The translations under genes were made by a program, and so were the position numbers. A stretch of 64,000 bases of DNA from Clostridia bacterium. Lineage in GTDB: Bacteria > Bacillota > Clostridia > UBA1212 > DUPL01. The stretch covers positions 32,001 through 96,000 of the forward strand of contig JBMNIW010000006.1 in the NCBI GenBank assembly GCA_050951325.1, written 5' to 3'. Shown here in pieces: positions 10,495-20,964 of the stretch. Within the stretch, counting starts at the first letter, position 1. Each line of letters opens with the position of its first letter. A model generated the notes under the pieces. It made no database searches. It saw nothing but the letters and a program-made list of their open reading frames with translations, and had not been told where the DNA came from.

Positions 10495-11760
10495 CTACCA
10501 CCTTCTTTTTACATAAGGAAAAGGCGTCTCGGAAGGCAACACACTTTGCGTTGGTTCTGGTGTTTTGTCAGGTGTAGGAGACGGTGTTGTCTCAGGCTCG
10601 ACATATATGACCGCATAAGAGCTGTGAGAGGACGAAAAAACACACCCTTCAAAGCCCACCTTTGCCTCACCCACTATTTCAACAATATTGTAACCTACAT
10701 GCAAATCCTGTCTTCTAAAAGTTAGAAACATGTCACTCGTCGAAAAAACAACCTTGTCCCCTTCCTTTACAACATTATATAAACTTCTACTCACACCATC
10801 TGAATACAACCTGTAAAAAACAACATCCTCTCTTGTATATGTAAACTTCTTCATAAGCTCGCTCAAGCCAGTATAATTATCCCTAAAAGTTCCCCTTACC
10901 CTGTAACCTACGACCACCGAATCCTCGTCTTTTTCTATCTTGTATAAGGAATTCGCAAAATCCACCTCACACTCAATACCGTGAAAAACCTTTTCCCAAC
11001 TCGGATTTATACTGCCTGTAAAGGTTGCATATCTGTAAACCGAACCGTCATTTAACGACTGGTAGTAAAGAACAAGGCTTCCGCCTCCCGAACCCCAGCC
11101 TGTAATCCTTGCATATTCAAACAGAGAAGGCAGCTCCTGTCCCTCTCCCACCAGCATCGACTCCTTGAACTTCTGATACACTGTAACAGTTCTTCCATCG
11201 TAATATGTATGCACAAAGTTCCAAGCAGGACTGTCAGGACTGTCAACGAGATGTCTTATGCCTTCAAAATATGCATTGCCTTCCTTTGGAATACCGTACC
11301 TCTCTTTCAGATAGTCAGGCAAACTGGAATATTTCACAATTCTGTACACATGTTCACCAGGAACCGTATCTTCAGGAAACGCTATGTTTGTATATACGGT
11401 TCCATTTATGGACAAACCAAGATATCTGTACTCGCCCCTAATTCCACCGCCCGAGCAGAAATATCCGTGGGGGGTCTGCTTGAATGAGTTTGAATAACCC
11501 AAATCAACACACGATGCGGGATCTCCATAAACAAGAAAACCCTTGTCAATATACATCTCCACATTGAAAGAATACGATTTTGTCCCTGACTTTGTATTTA
11601 CATATATTACAGGAGTATTCCTGTACAGATGAGGAAGCGTGTTTCTTATATCATTAAAAGTTACAGACACTCCATCACCATAAACAGAAGGATCATCCAT
11701 CGCCCAACTGGAACAAATCAATATAAACCAGAAAAGAAAGACAAGCAAAACCTTTCTCAT
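10495..11760 (-). CDS. Secreted hypothetical protein (Athe_2463-like N-terminal motif) with a C-terminal Pro/Thr linker
   Basis: Signal peptide; LVYGDP...GEYRYLG...YTNIAFPED; PT-rich tail then a basic end (YVKRRW). Start overlaps the upstream stop (ATGA). Confidence 0.55.
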   Translation of the reverse strand: MRKVLLVFLFWFILICSSWAMDDPSVYGDGVSVTFNDIRNTLPHLYRNTPVIYVNTKSGTKSYSFNVEMYIDKGFLVYGDPASCVDLGYSNSFKQTPHGYFCSGGGIRGEYRYLGLSINGTVYTNIAFPEDTVPGEHVYRIVKYSSLPDYLKERYGIPKEGNAYFEGIRHLVDSPDSPAWNFVHTYYDGRTVTVYQKFKESMLVGEGQELPSLFEYARITGWGSGGGSLVLYYQSLNDGSVYRYATFTGSINPSWEKVFHGIECEVDFANSLYKIEKDEDSVVVGYRVRGTFRDNYTGLSELMKKFTYTREDVVFYRLYSDGVSRSLYNVVKEGDKVVFSTSDMFLTFRRQDLHVGYNIVEIVGEAKVGFEGCVFSSSHSSYAVIYVEPETTPSPTPDKTPEPTQSVLPSETPFPYVKRRW

Positions 11761-12905
11761 TTTGCATCACATCCCAAGGTGATGACATAAATATCATTAT
11801 GTACAAGATTTATACCAACCTTCAGATCCCCAAACCTTCTTGCGCCATTGTCCCCGTTTTCAATAACATCCTTTGCAAACTCCAAAAAACTTTCCTTGTA
11901 CTCCCCACATACAACTTCAGAACACACATTAAGCCCCGCCTTTATATTCTCCGTATCAAGACGGGATACTTCCACAACCACATCCTTGTCCAAAAAGAAT
12001 AAAACAGGAATCTCCAGCATCCCAAAAACAAGGGAGTTGTACCACAAGCTAAAAGACATGTTGTCAAGACCTATTGTCATATATACCTTGTCATTATCTC
12101 CAAGAAGGTTTTCCAACTTCTTTGCAACATAAAGACAAGGCAGGTCATTAATGCACAAATATGCATGTTCTTTGTTTATGCCATTGTCAAACTCATCATC
12201 TTCCCAAAAGTTTATCCTTATGCAATCCAACGGCAAATATTCTTTGTCAAACAAATTGTCAATTACTTTCAAAGCCTCTTCCCTGGTTACCTTTTCCCTA
12301 GCATTAAAATATGCCTCATAGCTGCTGTCACTGAAGAATATGTCAATATATCCGTAATGGCAGGCATCAAGGCATGCCTTTCTATACTTTTTATTAATCA
12401 AATCATAATCTTTAAGGATGTTTTCAAATCTTGTACTGTCAACATTCTCACAGTAAATATGGAAGGTTCTTTGAAAACCATCCCTCATCATTTCCGTTCT
12501 TACACTCATCCGCTTGGCGCTTTCCATCTGTTTTAATAAAATCTCATCTTCTCTGTCTCTTACTACGACAACTTCCCTGCCCTGAAACAACTTTTTGAAA
12601 AAGGAGGACTCTTCTCCCCTTTCCACCAATATTTTCTCCGGTATGTATTTGTTTTTCAAGTATGGTGTGTTTTCAATATACTCCGATATAAGTTGGCACA
12701 TCTTCTCCCTTGTCAATACACTATTGCCTGCATTCTGTTTTGATAATTTAATCCCTTTTTCCTTTCCTTTTTCAGAAAGCATAATATAAAACTCCTCATG
12801 AGTTACATTAAAACCGTCACTTTCATCCATACCCTGTCCACACCCCGCAAAAAAAAGAATACCTGCAATGGACAAAACAAACAAAAGGACTGTCCTAATA
12901 CCCAT
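11757..12905 (-). CDS. Hypothetical lipoprotein with degenerate SLH-like segments
   Basis: Lipobox FAGC; LTREKMCQLI and FNAREKVTREEALKVI resemble the SLH TRAE motif; GGAGG RBS. Confidence 0.55.
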   Translation of the reverse strand: MGIRTVLLFVLSIAGILFFAGCGQGMDESDGFNVTHEEFYIMLSEKGKEKGIKLSKQNAGNSVLTREKMCQLISEYIENTPYLKNKYIPEKILVERGEESSFFKKLFQGREVVVVRDREDEILLKQMESAKRMSVRTEMMRDGFQRTFHIYCENVDSTRFENILKDYDLINKKYRKACLDACHYGYIDIFFSDSSYEAYFNAREKVTREEALKVIDNLFDKEYLPLDCIRINFWEDDEFDNGINKEHAYLCINDLPCLYVAKKLENLLGDNDKVYMTIGLDNMSFSLWYNSLVFGMLEIPVLFFLDKDVVVEVSRLDTENIKAGLNVCSEVVCGEYKESFLEFAKDVIENGDNGARRFGDLKVGINLVHNDIYVITLGCDAK

Positions 12906-12977
12906 AAAAAACCTCCTCGTTTTTTATGGATATTATATCAGTCTGTAGGAATTTGTCGCATTATTACCCGAAAATAA

Positions 12978-13445
12978 TTAGAGGGCATGAAACTCTATTC
13001 CATGCGGTGACAAGGAAACTGGCGTGTTTTGACTCCATATTCTCAGCAAAAACACCAGCCTGTTATTTCCCTTAACGCATACATGCCTCTGTATAAAGTA
13101 ATATTGTTCATCCTTTTTTCTACCATATACTCGATAAAGTTCACTCTGCTCCTCAATCTCAAAAACAGGCCTTTTCACAACACAGCCATTTCGGTTGTAG
13201 TATTGTTTGAAAGACGGATTATCCACATACAAGACACATACAGTCTTACCATCTGCAGAAACACGTATTCTATAACCATGCTCTGCTTTTATCGATATAC
13301 TCATATCAGGACTAAACCCGCTTATGTCGTCTCTTGCATACTTGAGAACAAGCTGCCTGGGTACATCACGCTCCAAAATTTCCAGGAGACTGTCAGCCTC
13401 CCCGAAAGGTTTCATAAACCCAGATACATCCGGAACATAGGCCAT
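12978..13445 (-). CDS. Hypothetical protein (~155 aa)
   Basis: Open frame with a GAGGTG RBS before the ATG at 13445; co-oriented 41 bp downstream of the TOPRIM-like gene; no recognised motif. Confidence 0.6.
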   Translation of the reverse strand: MAYVPDVSGFMKPFGEADSLLEILERDVPRQLVLKYARDDISGFSPDMSISIKAEHGYRIRVSADGKTVCVLYVDNPSFKQYYNRNGCVVKRPVFEIEEQSELYRVYGRKKDEQYYFIQRHVCVKGNNRLVFLLRIWSQNTPVSLSPHGIEFHAL

Positions 13446-13486
13446 GCACAGCACCTCGCATATATATTAATCCAATATAACATATG

Positions 13487-14188
13487 TTACGGAAGTTGCG
13501 TACGTTCCTTAATCTTCATGCACAAATCTACAAATCGTGAGAAGGATTCCAAATGACCTGTGTAATATGACCTTAATATGAGTTCTGTCAGGTAATCCTT
13601 GCTGCAAACTTCATATGGTCTTCCTTTGGTATAGTTCATACCATTCTTTTTCATAAGTGTTCTTAAATATTTGTAATGGAACATTGCAATACTGTCCGTT
13701 GAATATATGGGTTTTGGCATAAGCTCAGGATCTTTTTCCCCTACATTGTAAAAGTTTATGTACTTTTCAATATCCGCACCTCTTAAACTCTTCTTCACAA
13801 GCTCCCTGTTCCCCAAAAACCAGCTTTCGATACACACCTTTTGAGTTATCACCACAAGCTCGGCCTTTGGTTCAACACCGTTATCCTTGAGTCTATCCAA
13901 AACGGCCTGCTCCCTCTCGTAACAATCCTCATCATCCGTATCCAAACATATTATATAGTAATCGAAAGCACCAATCTCATTAATATCCATTGCCCCAGCC
14001 ACCGCGTCTTTAAGCATGTTTGGATAACCACCGCCATCAAACAGATAATAGTGGTTGCCTTTGACATTGTTGTCCTTTAACATGAAAGGATCCTTTAAAC
14101 GCTTGAAACCAGGCAACAGATGCCCAAGCCAGCTTGGATAAACAATACTTTCGGTCCTTCTGCCTTCAACAAGAATATACAGATTCAT
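13487..14188 (-). CDS. TOPRIM-like (OLD/RloB/DUF4276-type) putative nuclease
   Basis: LYILVEGxxTE, DxD in ICLDTDDED, and CIESWFLGN; 2 bp from the upstream ATPase. Confidence 0.7.
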   Translation of the reverse strand: MNLYILVEGRRTESIVYPSWLGHLLPGFKRLKDPFMLKDNNVKGNHYYLFDGGGYPNMLKDAVAGAMDINEIGAFDYYIICLDTDDEDCYEREQAVLDRLKDNGVEPKAELVVITQKVCIESWFLGNRELVKKSLRGADIEKYINFYNVGEKDPELMPKPIYSTDSIAMFHYKYLRTLMKKNGMNYTKGRPYEVCSKDYLTELILRSYYTGHLESFSRFVDLCMKIKERTQLP

Positions 14189-14190
14189 GG

Positions 14191-15246
14191 TCAGTCAAAA
14201 ATCCCTTCCGTATATTCTTCAAGATTCATAAGCTGCTTGAAGGCTTCATGGTGGGACCTGCCAAGCCCAAGTTCCTCCTTGCCCTTTGTATAAATTCTGT
14301 TTCCACCTCTAAGAACCACCTGCCAGTGTGCCATGTCCACATTGTTTATTACATAAGGGTGATGGCTTGTAACAATGATTTGATAGTTCCTTTCGTTGCT
14401 GTTCAGCATGTCAAGTACCAAATCAAGACATCTTGTACCCATGCTGTTTTCAAACTCGTCTATTAGCAGAACACTGCCTTCCGGGAGCATGTTGAAAGCA
14501 GCTATGTGAAACAATCCTTTCTTCATGCCTGATGACAATCCTTCATAACTTATCCAGTCCGTTGTCTTTTCCTTTAAATAGAAGGTGTAGTCACTGCCTG
14601 TCCTGTCGTAATCAAACCTCATGTCTTCCACCATGGGAAACACGGTAATATAGTCGTCCTTTATGTCTTGAAAAACATTAAAGCCTCTCGTATAGGAAAC
14701 CAGCATCTTCTCATATATTGACAAATTCGCATACCTAAGACTTTCCTCATCCACACCGTTTGCATTCCTTGCCACGCTAGGCCTTATAAATACCTCATCA
14801 GGTATGCTGTTAATGTTTATAAAATATATGTGCATAATTTCTTCATACACCCTTTTGATATCTCCCACACCCCAGAATACAGCCAGTAAACTGAGACGGT
14901 CCGACACCTTTGGAACATTAACACCCTCAAGGAGAATTTCGCTTTCATCTCTTGAAAAAGTCGTCCATTCGCCTTTTATCAGCGACTCTTCAACAATCCT
15001 GCCATTTTCAATTTGTCCCGACCATTTGTAACTGGAATCCTCTATAACAAAATCAAGACTCCAGATAATGCTGGCAGTATCTTCAACATCACCCAGAACA
15101 ATCTTTTTCATGGTATTGATGCAGTTCAACACCCTGGTCTTGCCTACTCCGGATACACCCACAAGAAGTGTAAGAATATCGTTGAACTTAAGTAAAAATG
15201 TATTCTTGTTTGTCTTGTCCACATATTCAAGCCTGGTTATTATCAA
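14191..15246 (-). CDS. Soluble ABC/AAA_21-type ATPase
   Basis: Walker A GVSGVGKT, signature LSSGMKK, Walker B LLIDEFENS, H-loop TSHHP; no TM partner. Confidence 0.88.
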   Translation of the reverse strand: MIITRLEYVDKTNKNTFLLKFNDILTLLVGVSGVGKTRVLNCINTMKKIVLGDVEDTASIIWSLDFVIEDSSYKWSGQIENGRIVEESLIKGEWTTFSRDESEILLEGVNVPKVSDRLSLLAVFWGVGDIKRVYEEIMHIYFININSIPDEVFIRPSVARNANGVDEESLRYANLSIYEKMLVSYTRGFNVFQDIKDDYITVFPMVEDMRFDYDRTGSDYTFYLKEKTTDWISYEGLSSGMKKGLFHIAAFNMLPEGSVLLIDEFENSMGTRCLDLVLDMLNSNERNYQIIVTSHHPYVINNVDMAHWQVVLRGGNRIYTKGKEELGLGRSHHEAFKQLMNLEEYTEGIFD

Positions 15247-15447
15247 TTCTTTTCACCTCTTACTGTCCTTTGCTTTTATTGTACAACTTTTGTGGAAAAA
15301 TAACAAACATATACAAATCAAAAGGCTAAAAATAAACAATATGAACAACACTTGTACATTTTCCGTTATTTTAACATATTTTATTGAAATGTTACAAACA
15401 CTGTGCTATACTGAAACAAAAATATGAAGAGCTGGGAGGTAAATTAT

Positions 15448-16524
15448 ATGCTCAAAAAAGGGATAATAACAGTTTTAATTGCGGTAATCCTGTGCGTTTC
15501 CATGACATTCCAGTCTTTTGCCGCATTGTATGAGCTTAAGATAACGCTTGACGATGAGGAAGACGGAGCATCTCTTAGAGAGGTACTGGATTTGCTTGAT
15601 GTGTTTGAATTCAACCCAGTTACACCCACATCAGATGCAACCGTGGAATCCGATGGTGATAACAAGTACATAAAAACAGCAGGCTATTTGGATATCACCT
15701 CTTGGGATTACATCGATGTACCTTACACCTTTTCCGTTGATTACAGAATTGTATCGGAAAACGAAAACGTAGGGTTTTTCGTTCGAGGAGTGTATCCGTC
15801 ATCCTTCAGCAAAGTCAATCCGCAGAACCAAGGCGTGGATCAGCAATTTGGCTACTTTGAATGGGATTGGTATAAAGAAAACGGCGGTCAGGACGGAGTA
15901 TCCGGCATTGGTGGTTCAGGTATCGTGGTAACACCAAAGAAAACGGAACTTTTGATTCGCCTTAAAAACTGGAAGCCAGACGGCCTTAACATCTCAAGCG
16001 AAAGAGTTTCAATCCCCTTGCCTGAAGATGTAGACAACAACGCATTTAATACAATTTCCTTCAAGGACGATGGCGAGAAAAAAGTAGAAATATTCTTTAA
16101 TGACATCCTTATGGCTACTGTGGAATTCTCTGAACCGGGTGTGTATGAAGAAGATGAAGAGGACGACAACGAATACTTCAAAAATGCAGTTGTCAAGGAT
16201 GCAGAAGGCAATGAACTGCTAAGCTTGGACAATGCCAGAATCAATGCAGAAGGCAGCCAGGTAGCCATCGGCGTCAGAAACATTGAATTCCAATTTGACA
16301 ACATTTACATCTCCTATGAGGTACCCGATACACCGGAACCAACAGATACACCCGAACCTAAGGAAACAGACACACCTGCTCCACAAACCACAACCCCTGC
16401 AGACAACGATGAAACCGACAAGGACAAAGGTGGAAACATGCTCCTATTTTTATTTGTAGGCGGTGCAGTTGTGTTGGTTGCAGTTGCTGCAGTACTGATT
16501 ATAATATCCAAAAAGAAACAGTAA
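15448..16524 (+). CDS. Secreted, C-terminally membrane-anchored protein with a putative beta-sandwich (lectin/ConA-like) domain
   Basis: GGAGG RBS at the 15448 start; signal peptide; acidic beta-rich body ending FDNIYIS; PT linker; TM helix plus KKK. Confidence 0.72.
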   Translation: MLKKGIITVLIAVILCVSMTFQSFAALYELKITLDDEEDGASLREVLDLLDVFEFNPVTPTSDATVESDGDNKYIKTAGYLDITSWDYIDVPYTFSVDYRIVSENENVGFFVRGVYPSSFSKVNPQNQGVDQQFGYFEWDWYKENGGQDGVSGIGGSGIVVTPKKTELLIRLKNWKPDGLNISSERVSIPLPEDVDNNAFNTISFKDDGEKKVEIFFNDILMATVEFSEPGVYEEDEEDDNEYFKNAVVKDAEGNELLSLDNARINAEGSQVAIGVRNIEFQFDNIYISYEVPDTPEPTDTPEPKETDTPAPQTTTPADNDETDKDKGGNMLLFLFVGGAVVLVAVAAVLIIISKKKQ

Positions 16525-16542
16525 TTCTTCACACTATTCCTG

Positions 16543-16580
16543 AAAGGACTGAGGCTTTTTGTGCTTCAGTTCTTTTTTTA
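16543..16580 (+). terminator. Intrinsic terminator
   Basis: aaaggactgaggc...gcttcagttcttttttt. Confidence 0.7.
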
Positions 16581-16626
16581 TGGTATAATATGAGGGTTGA
16601 GTAAGATAAAGAAAGGAAGCTGACAG

Positions 16627-17427
16627 TTGCAGGAAATATACAATATGCACACCCACATTTTCCCTGAAAAGATATCGGACAAGGCCGTGGAAGCTGTGGG
16701 AAGTTTTTATGGTATTAAAATGCAGAGAAAAGGCACTTCAAAAGACCTTGTGGAAGACGGAGGCAAAATAGGTGTCACAAAGTATCTTGTGAGTTCTACA
16801 GCAACAAAACCCAGCCAGGTATCATCCATAAATCATTTTATATCTCAGGCAGTCAAGACAAACAGTGAATTTATAGGTTTTGGCTCCCTTCATCCAAAAA
16901 GTGAAAATATAGAGAAAGACATTGAAGAAATACTTGATTTGAAACTATCTGGTATTAAACTCCATCCTGATTTTCAGGAGTTTGATTTGGACGACCCGAT
17001 AACATACAATATGTTTGACCTGTGCCAAGGGAAACTCCCCTTCCTTATACATATGGGAGACAACAGATACACATATTCCCAACCCTGGAGGCTTCTTAGC
17101 ATACTGGAGAAATTCCCGAAACTGGTTGTAATTGCCGCTCATTTGGGCGGTTATACAATGTGGACAAGACTCAAAACACCATATTTATCCCATCCCAGAA
17201 TATATATGGATACATCCAGTTCGCTTCCTTTTTTATCACCGGAAGAGGCGGTCTATTTAATTAGAAAACATGGAATAGCGAAAGTGTTTTTTGGCACGGA
17301 TTATCCAATGTGGGATCATGTAGGTGAATTTGAAAGATTCATGAAACTTCCCCTTACGGACAAGGAAAAAGAAATGATTCTATGTACCAACGCAAAAAGT
17401 TTCCTACTCCAATGCCATAATAACTAA
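16627..17427 (+). CDS. Amidohydrolase family protein (Amidohydro_2)
   Basis: HTH(I)FP, GIKLHP, IAAHLGG, DTSS and FGTDYP motifs. Confidence 0.9.
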   Translation: MQEIYNMHTHIFPEKISDKAVEAVGSFYGIKMQRKGTSKDLVEDGGKIGVTKYLVSSTATKPSQVSSINHFISQAVKTNSEFIGFGSLHPKSENIEKDIEEILDLKLSGIKLHPDFQEFDLDDPITYNMFDLCQGKLPFLIHMGDNRYTYSQPWRLLSILEKFPKLVVIAAHLGGYTMWTRLKTPYLSHPRIYMDTSSSLPFLSPEEAVYLIRKHGIAKVFFGTDYPMWDHVGEFERFMKLPLTDKEKEMILCTNAKSFLLQCHNN

Positions 17428-17898
17428 TTTCTTTCCGAAAAGACCTTTCTTCAAGGTCTTAATTTTTTTGAATCCCATTTTGGTATAGAGTTTTACCGCC
17501 CTTAAATTGTCCGCTTCTGCGGTAAGTCTTATACCATCATCAGGAAAATGCTTTTTTGCAAATTCAATTGCAGCAAGAACCAGATACTTGCCTATCCCTT
17601 TGCCGCACAAATCCGGCCTTAATCCAAATGCTATGTCGGTATAACTCTCATCGTCATATATTTTGCCTTTATTCCCTATTCTTATCTGGGCGGAAGGACC
17701 CAAGGCAACAAACCCGTAAAGCTCGTTGTTAAACCTGTTTACAACAGCAAAATGAAGTCCGTTCATTATGTCAAGATACTCCGCTTCATTGCCTGCAAAA
17801 CTGTAGTTTTCATATGGAGAGGGATACCTCCAATTGGAGATATCCCTTGCATACGTTTCAGTCATATCACAAACTATGAAATCAATATCCTGATGCAT
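17404..17898 (-). CDS. GNAT family N-acetyltransferase
   Basis: GLRPDLCGKGIG and NLRAVKLYTKMGF motifs. Confidence 0.9.
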   Translation of the reverse strand: MHQDIDFIVCDMTETYARDISNWRYPSPYENYSFAGNEAEYLDIMNGLHFAVVNRFNNELYGFVALGPSAQIRIGNKGKIYDDESYTDIAFGLRPDLCGKGIGKYLVLAAIEFAKKHFPDDGIRLTAEADNLRAVKLYTKMGFKKIKTLKKGLFGKKLVIMALE

Positions 17899-17901
17899 AT
17901 T

Positions 17902-18441
17902 TTAATAGTTGCTCTTCATAATTTCAAAGTGAGCCCGTGGATGCTTGCAGGATGGGCAAACTTCTGGAGCTTCTTTTCCTTCGTGTACATAACCGCAGTT
18001 CCTGCACTGCCACCTTACAACCTCGTCCCTCTTGAATACTTGTCCATTTTGAATGTTATCCAAAAGTTTCTGATATCTCTTCTCATGCTCATACTCAACT
18101 TCAGCTATTTTTCTGAAAGTAAATGCAACTTCAGTGTAGCCTTCCTCTTCTGCTATCTCTGCAAATCCCTTATACATCTCAGACCATTCATAGTTCTCAC
18201 CTGCAATTGCATCTTTCAGGTTCTCGATAGTATCCTTGATTCCATCAATATACTTATACTCAAGCTTGGCATGTTCTTTTTCCTGATTTGCAGTTTCCTC
18301 AAAAATTGCTGCAATCTGTTCATAACCCTCTTTTTTTGCAACACTTGCGTAGTAAGTATACTTATTCCTCGCCATGGATTCGCCAGCAAATGCAGCCATC
18401 AGATTAGCATAAGTTTTGCTGTCCTTTGATACTTTCTTCAT
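17902..18441 (-). CDS. rbr: Rubrerythrin
   Basis: [23 protein letters not shown] and EHEKR; C-terminal rubredoxin CRNC...CPSC. Confidence 0.95.
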   Translation of the reverse strand: MKKVSKDSKTYANLMAAFAGESMARNKYTYYASVAKKEGYEQIAAIFEETANQEKEHAKLEYKYIDGIKDTIENLKDAIAGENYEWSEMYKGFAEIAEEEGYTEVAFTFRKIAEVEYEHEKRYQKLLDNIQNGQVFKRDEVVRWQCRNCGYVHEGKEAPEVCPSCKHPRAHFEIMKSNY

Positions 18442-18507
18442 CTAAGAAACCTCCTTAAATACATTTTTATGGATACATAATACCATACTTCATTTAAAAT
18501 GTAAAAA

Positions 18508-18924
18508 TTACTCACCAATTATCTTAACCAATACCCTTTTGTTTCGTTTTCCGTCAAACTCTCCGTAAAATATCTGCTCCCATGGACCCAAGTCAAGTTC
18601 TCCATTTGTAACTGCCACTACAACTTCCCTGCCCATAACGCTTCGCTTAAGGTGAGCGTCCGCATTGTCTTCAAATCCATTATGCCTGTACTGGCTGTAA
18701 GGTTTTTCAGGTGCAAGCTTTTCAAGCCACACTTCCAAATCATGATGCAAACCACTTTCATCATCGTTAATGAACACACTGGCAGTTATGTGCATGGCAT
18801 TAACAAGACACAACCCTTCCTTAATGCCGCTGTCTCTTAGGCACTCCTCAACATCTCTTGTAATGTTTATGAACTCCCTTCTCTTCTTGACATTAAACCA
18901 TAATTCCTTTCTGTATGACTTCAA
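18508..18924 (-). CDS. yjbQ: YjbQ/UPF0047 family protein
   Basis: [13 protein letters not shown]...NADAHLK and [14 protein letters not shown] motifs. Confidence 0.92.
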   Translation of the reverse strand: MKSYRKELWFNVKKRREFINITRDVEECLRDSGIKEGLCLVNAMHITASVFINDDESGLHHDLEVWLEKLAPEKPYSQYRHNGFEDNADAHLKRSVMGREVVVAVTNGELDLGPWEQIFYGEFDGKRNKRVLVKIIGE

Positions 18925-19074
18925 TTTAATCCCTCCTTACCCCTCTATTATACCAGACAAACTATAAAATCAAATATTTTAGGCTAAATTTATACATTTG
19001 TTATCACTTTTATTTTGCTGTGACATAAATTTGTGTTAAAATAACGGTGAAAGAACAAGGAGGACAAACATCTG

Positions 19075-20928
19075 ATGAAGAAAAAGAAAAGAACGCCCAT
19101 TTTGATATACTACATCATAGCATTAGTTGTAATAATCTTGATTAATGCAGTTTTGATTCCAAAGCTTAGAGAGCCGGAAATTGTTAAAATTGAATACAAC
19201 GAATTTATAGAAATGATTGAGGAAGGTAAAATTTCCAAAGTTGAAATAGATGAACGCAAAATACGTATAGAACCCAAGGAGCAAAAAGGCGTCAGAAAAC
19301 TTTACTACGAAACAGGAAGACCAAACATATCCCACAACGCCTTGATTGATCTTCTTCTTGAAGCAGACATTGACTTTAAGTTCCCCATTCAGGAAGAAAC
19401 CTCCATGCTTATGTATCTGTTCATCAACTTCCTGCCTATTCTAGTTCTGATTGGTGCTTCCTACTTCATATTCAGAAGTGCCAGCAAGAGAATGGGCGGA
19501 GGAGTAATGAACTTCGGTAAGAGCACAGGCAAAATATATGCAGAGAGGGAAACAGGCAAGACCTTTGATGACGTAGCTGGTCAGGATGAGGCTAAAAGAT
19601 CCTTGGTTGAGATAATTGACTTCCTCAACAACCCTGAGAAATACAGTAAAATAGGGGCAAAGCTGCCAAAAGGAGCCCTTCTGGTAGGACCTCCTGGTAC
19701 AGGTAAAACCTTGCTTGCAAAAGCAGTTGCTGGTGAAGCCAAAGTGCCTTTTTTCTCCCTTTCCGGATCGGAATTTGTCGAAATGTTTGTAGGTGTGGGG
19801 GCAGCAAGAGTCAGGGATCTTTTTAAACAGGCTGTTGCAAACGCTCCATGCATTATCTTCATAGATGAGATAGATGCGATAGGTAAAAGCAGAGACAACG
19901 CAATAGGAAGCAACGACGAAAGGGAGCAGACTTTGAACCAGCTGCTTTCAGAAATGGACGGCTTTGACTCGTCAAAAGGAGTAGTCATTCTTGCAGCTAC
20001 TAACAGACCCGAGGTTCTGGACAAGGCCTTGTTGAGGCCTGGAAGATTTGACAGAAGAATAACCGTAGATCTACCTGATATGGAAGGCCGAAAAGCTATA
20101 CTTAAAGTTCACGCCCGTGGTGTAAAAATGGATGAAAATGTTGACTTTGACGTTGTGGCAAGGTCGACACCAGGCGCATCAGGCGCGGACCTCGAAAACA
20201 TAATTAACGAAGCAGCATTGAGAGCTGTTAGAGCCAACAAAAACATTGTAACCCAAAAAGAACTTGAAGAAGCCGCTGAGGTAATTCTGGCAGGCGAAGA
20301 AAAGAAGAGCACTGTCCTTTCCGAAAAGGAAAAATGGATAGTTTCATACCATGAGATTGGCCACGCTCTTGTGTCAGCTCTTCTAAAAAATACCGCACCC
20401 GTTCACAAGATTACAATTATTCCAAGAACTTCAGGTGCACTAGGTTACACAATGCAGATAGAAGAACAGGAAAAGTACCTCATTACAAAAGAGGAAATCC
20501 TCGACAGAATCACGGTTCTGGCTGGCGGCAGGGCTTCTGAGCTAGTACAGTTCGGAACTGCAACAACAGGCGCTGCAAACGACATAGAAAGAGCTACCCA
20601 CATTGCAAGAGCAATGGTAACAATGTATGGAATGAGCGATGAGTTTGGTTTTGTCAAGCTTGAAAAGAAAACGAATCCATTCCTGTCAGACGATGTTGCA
20701 GGCAGCTATTCTGAAGAAACTGCAGCTAAAGTGGATGAGGAAACCAGAAGCATTGTCAACTCATGCCTTAACAAGGCAATTGACCTTCTTAAAGACAAAA
20801 AGGAAGTATTGGACAAACTAAGCAAGATTCTATTCGAAAAAGAAACAATTACCGGTACGGAATTTATAGAGCTTCTGAAACAGGAAAACATCCATGTGAC
20901 ACCGGAAGATGTAAAAGAAAATAAATAG
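19075..20928 (+). CDS. ftsH: ATP-dependent zinc metalloprotease FtsH
   Basis: Two TMs, [14 protein letters not shown] pore loop, [25 protein letters not shown] and HEIGH. Confidence 0.97.
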   Translation: MKKKKRTPILIYYIIALVVIILINAVLIPKLREPEIVKIEYNEFIEMIEEGKISKVEIDERKIRIEPKEQKGVRKLYYETGRPNISHNALIDLLLEADIDFKFPIQEETSMLMYLFINFLPILVLIGASYFIFRSASKRMGGGVMNFGKSTGKIYAERETGKTFDDVAGQDEAKRSLVEIIDFLNNPEKYSKIGAKLPKGALLVGPPGTGKTLLAKAVAGEAKVPFFSLSGSEFVEMFVGVGAARVRDLFKQAVANAPCIIFIDEIDAIGKSRDNAIGSNDEREQTLNQLLSEMDGFDSSKGVVILAATNRPEVLDKALLRPGRFDRRITVDLPDMEGRKAILKVHARGVKMDENVDFDVVARSTPGASGADLENIINEAALRAVRANKNIVTQKELEEAAEVILAGEEKKSTVLSEKEKWIVSYHEIGHALVSALLKNTAPVHKITIIPRTSGALGYTMQIEEQEKYLITKEEILDRITVLAGGRASELVQFGTATTGAANDIERATHIARAMVTMYGMSDEFGFVKLEKKTNPFLSDDVAGSYSEETAAKVDEETRSIVNSCLNKAIDLLKDKKEVLDKLSKILFEKETITGTEFIELLKQENIHVTPEDVKENK

Positions 20929-20933
20929 GGAAA

Positions 20934-20964
20934 TTAAAGGGGCTAGATAAAACAGCCCCTTTAA
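20934..20964. terminator. Bidirectional terminator
   Basis: ttaaaggggct-N9-agcccctttaa between ftsH and the convergent pheST operon. Confidence 0.75.

Noticed and set aside
13487-15246. Retron, Gabija or Septu assignment
   Set aside because: No RT or msr-msd, no UvrD helicase and no HNH partner were seen.
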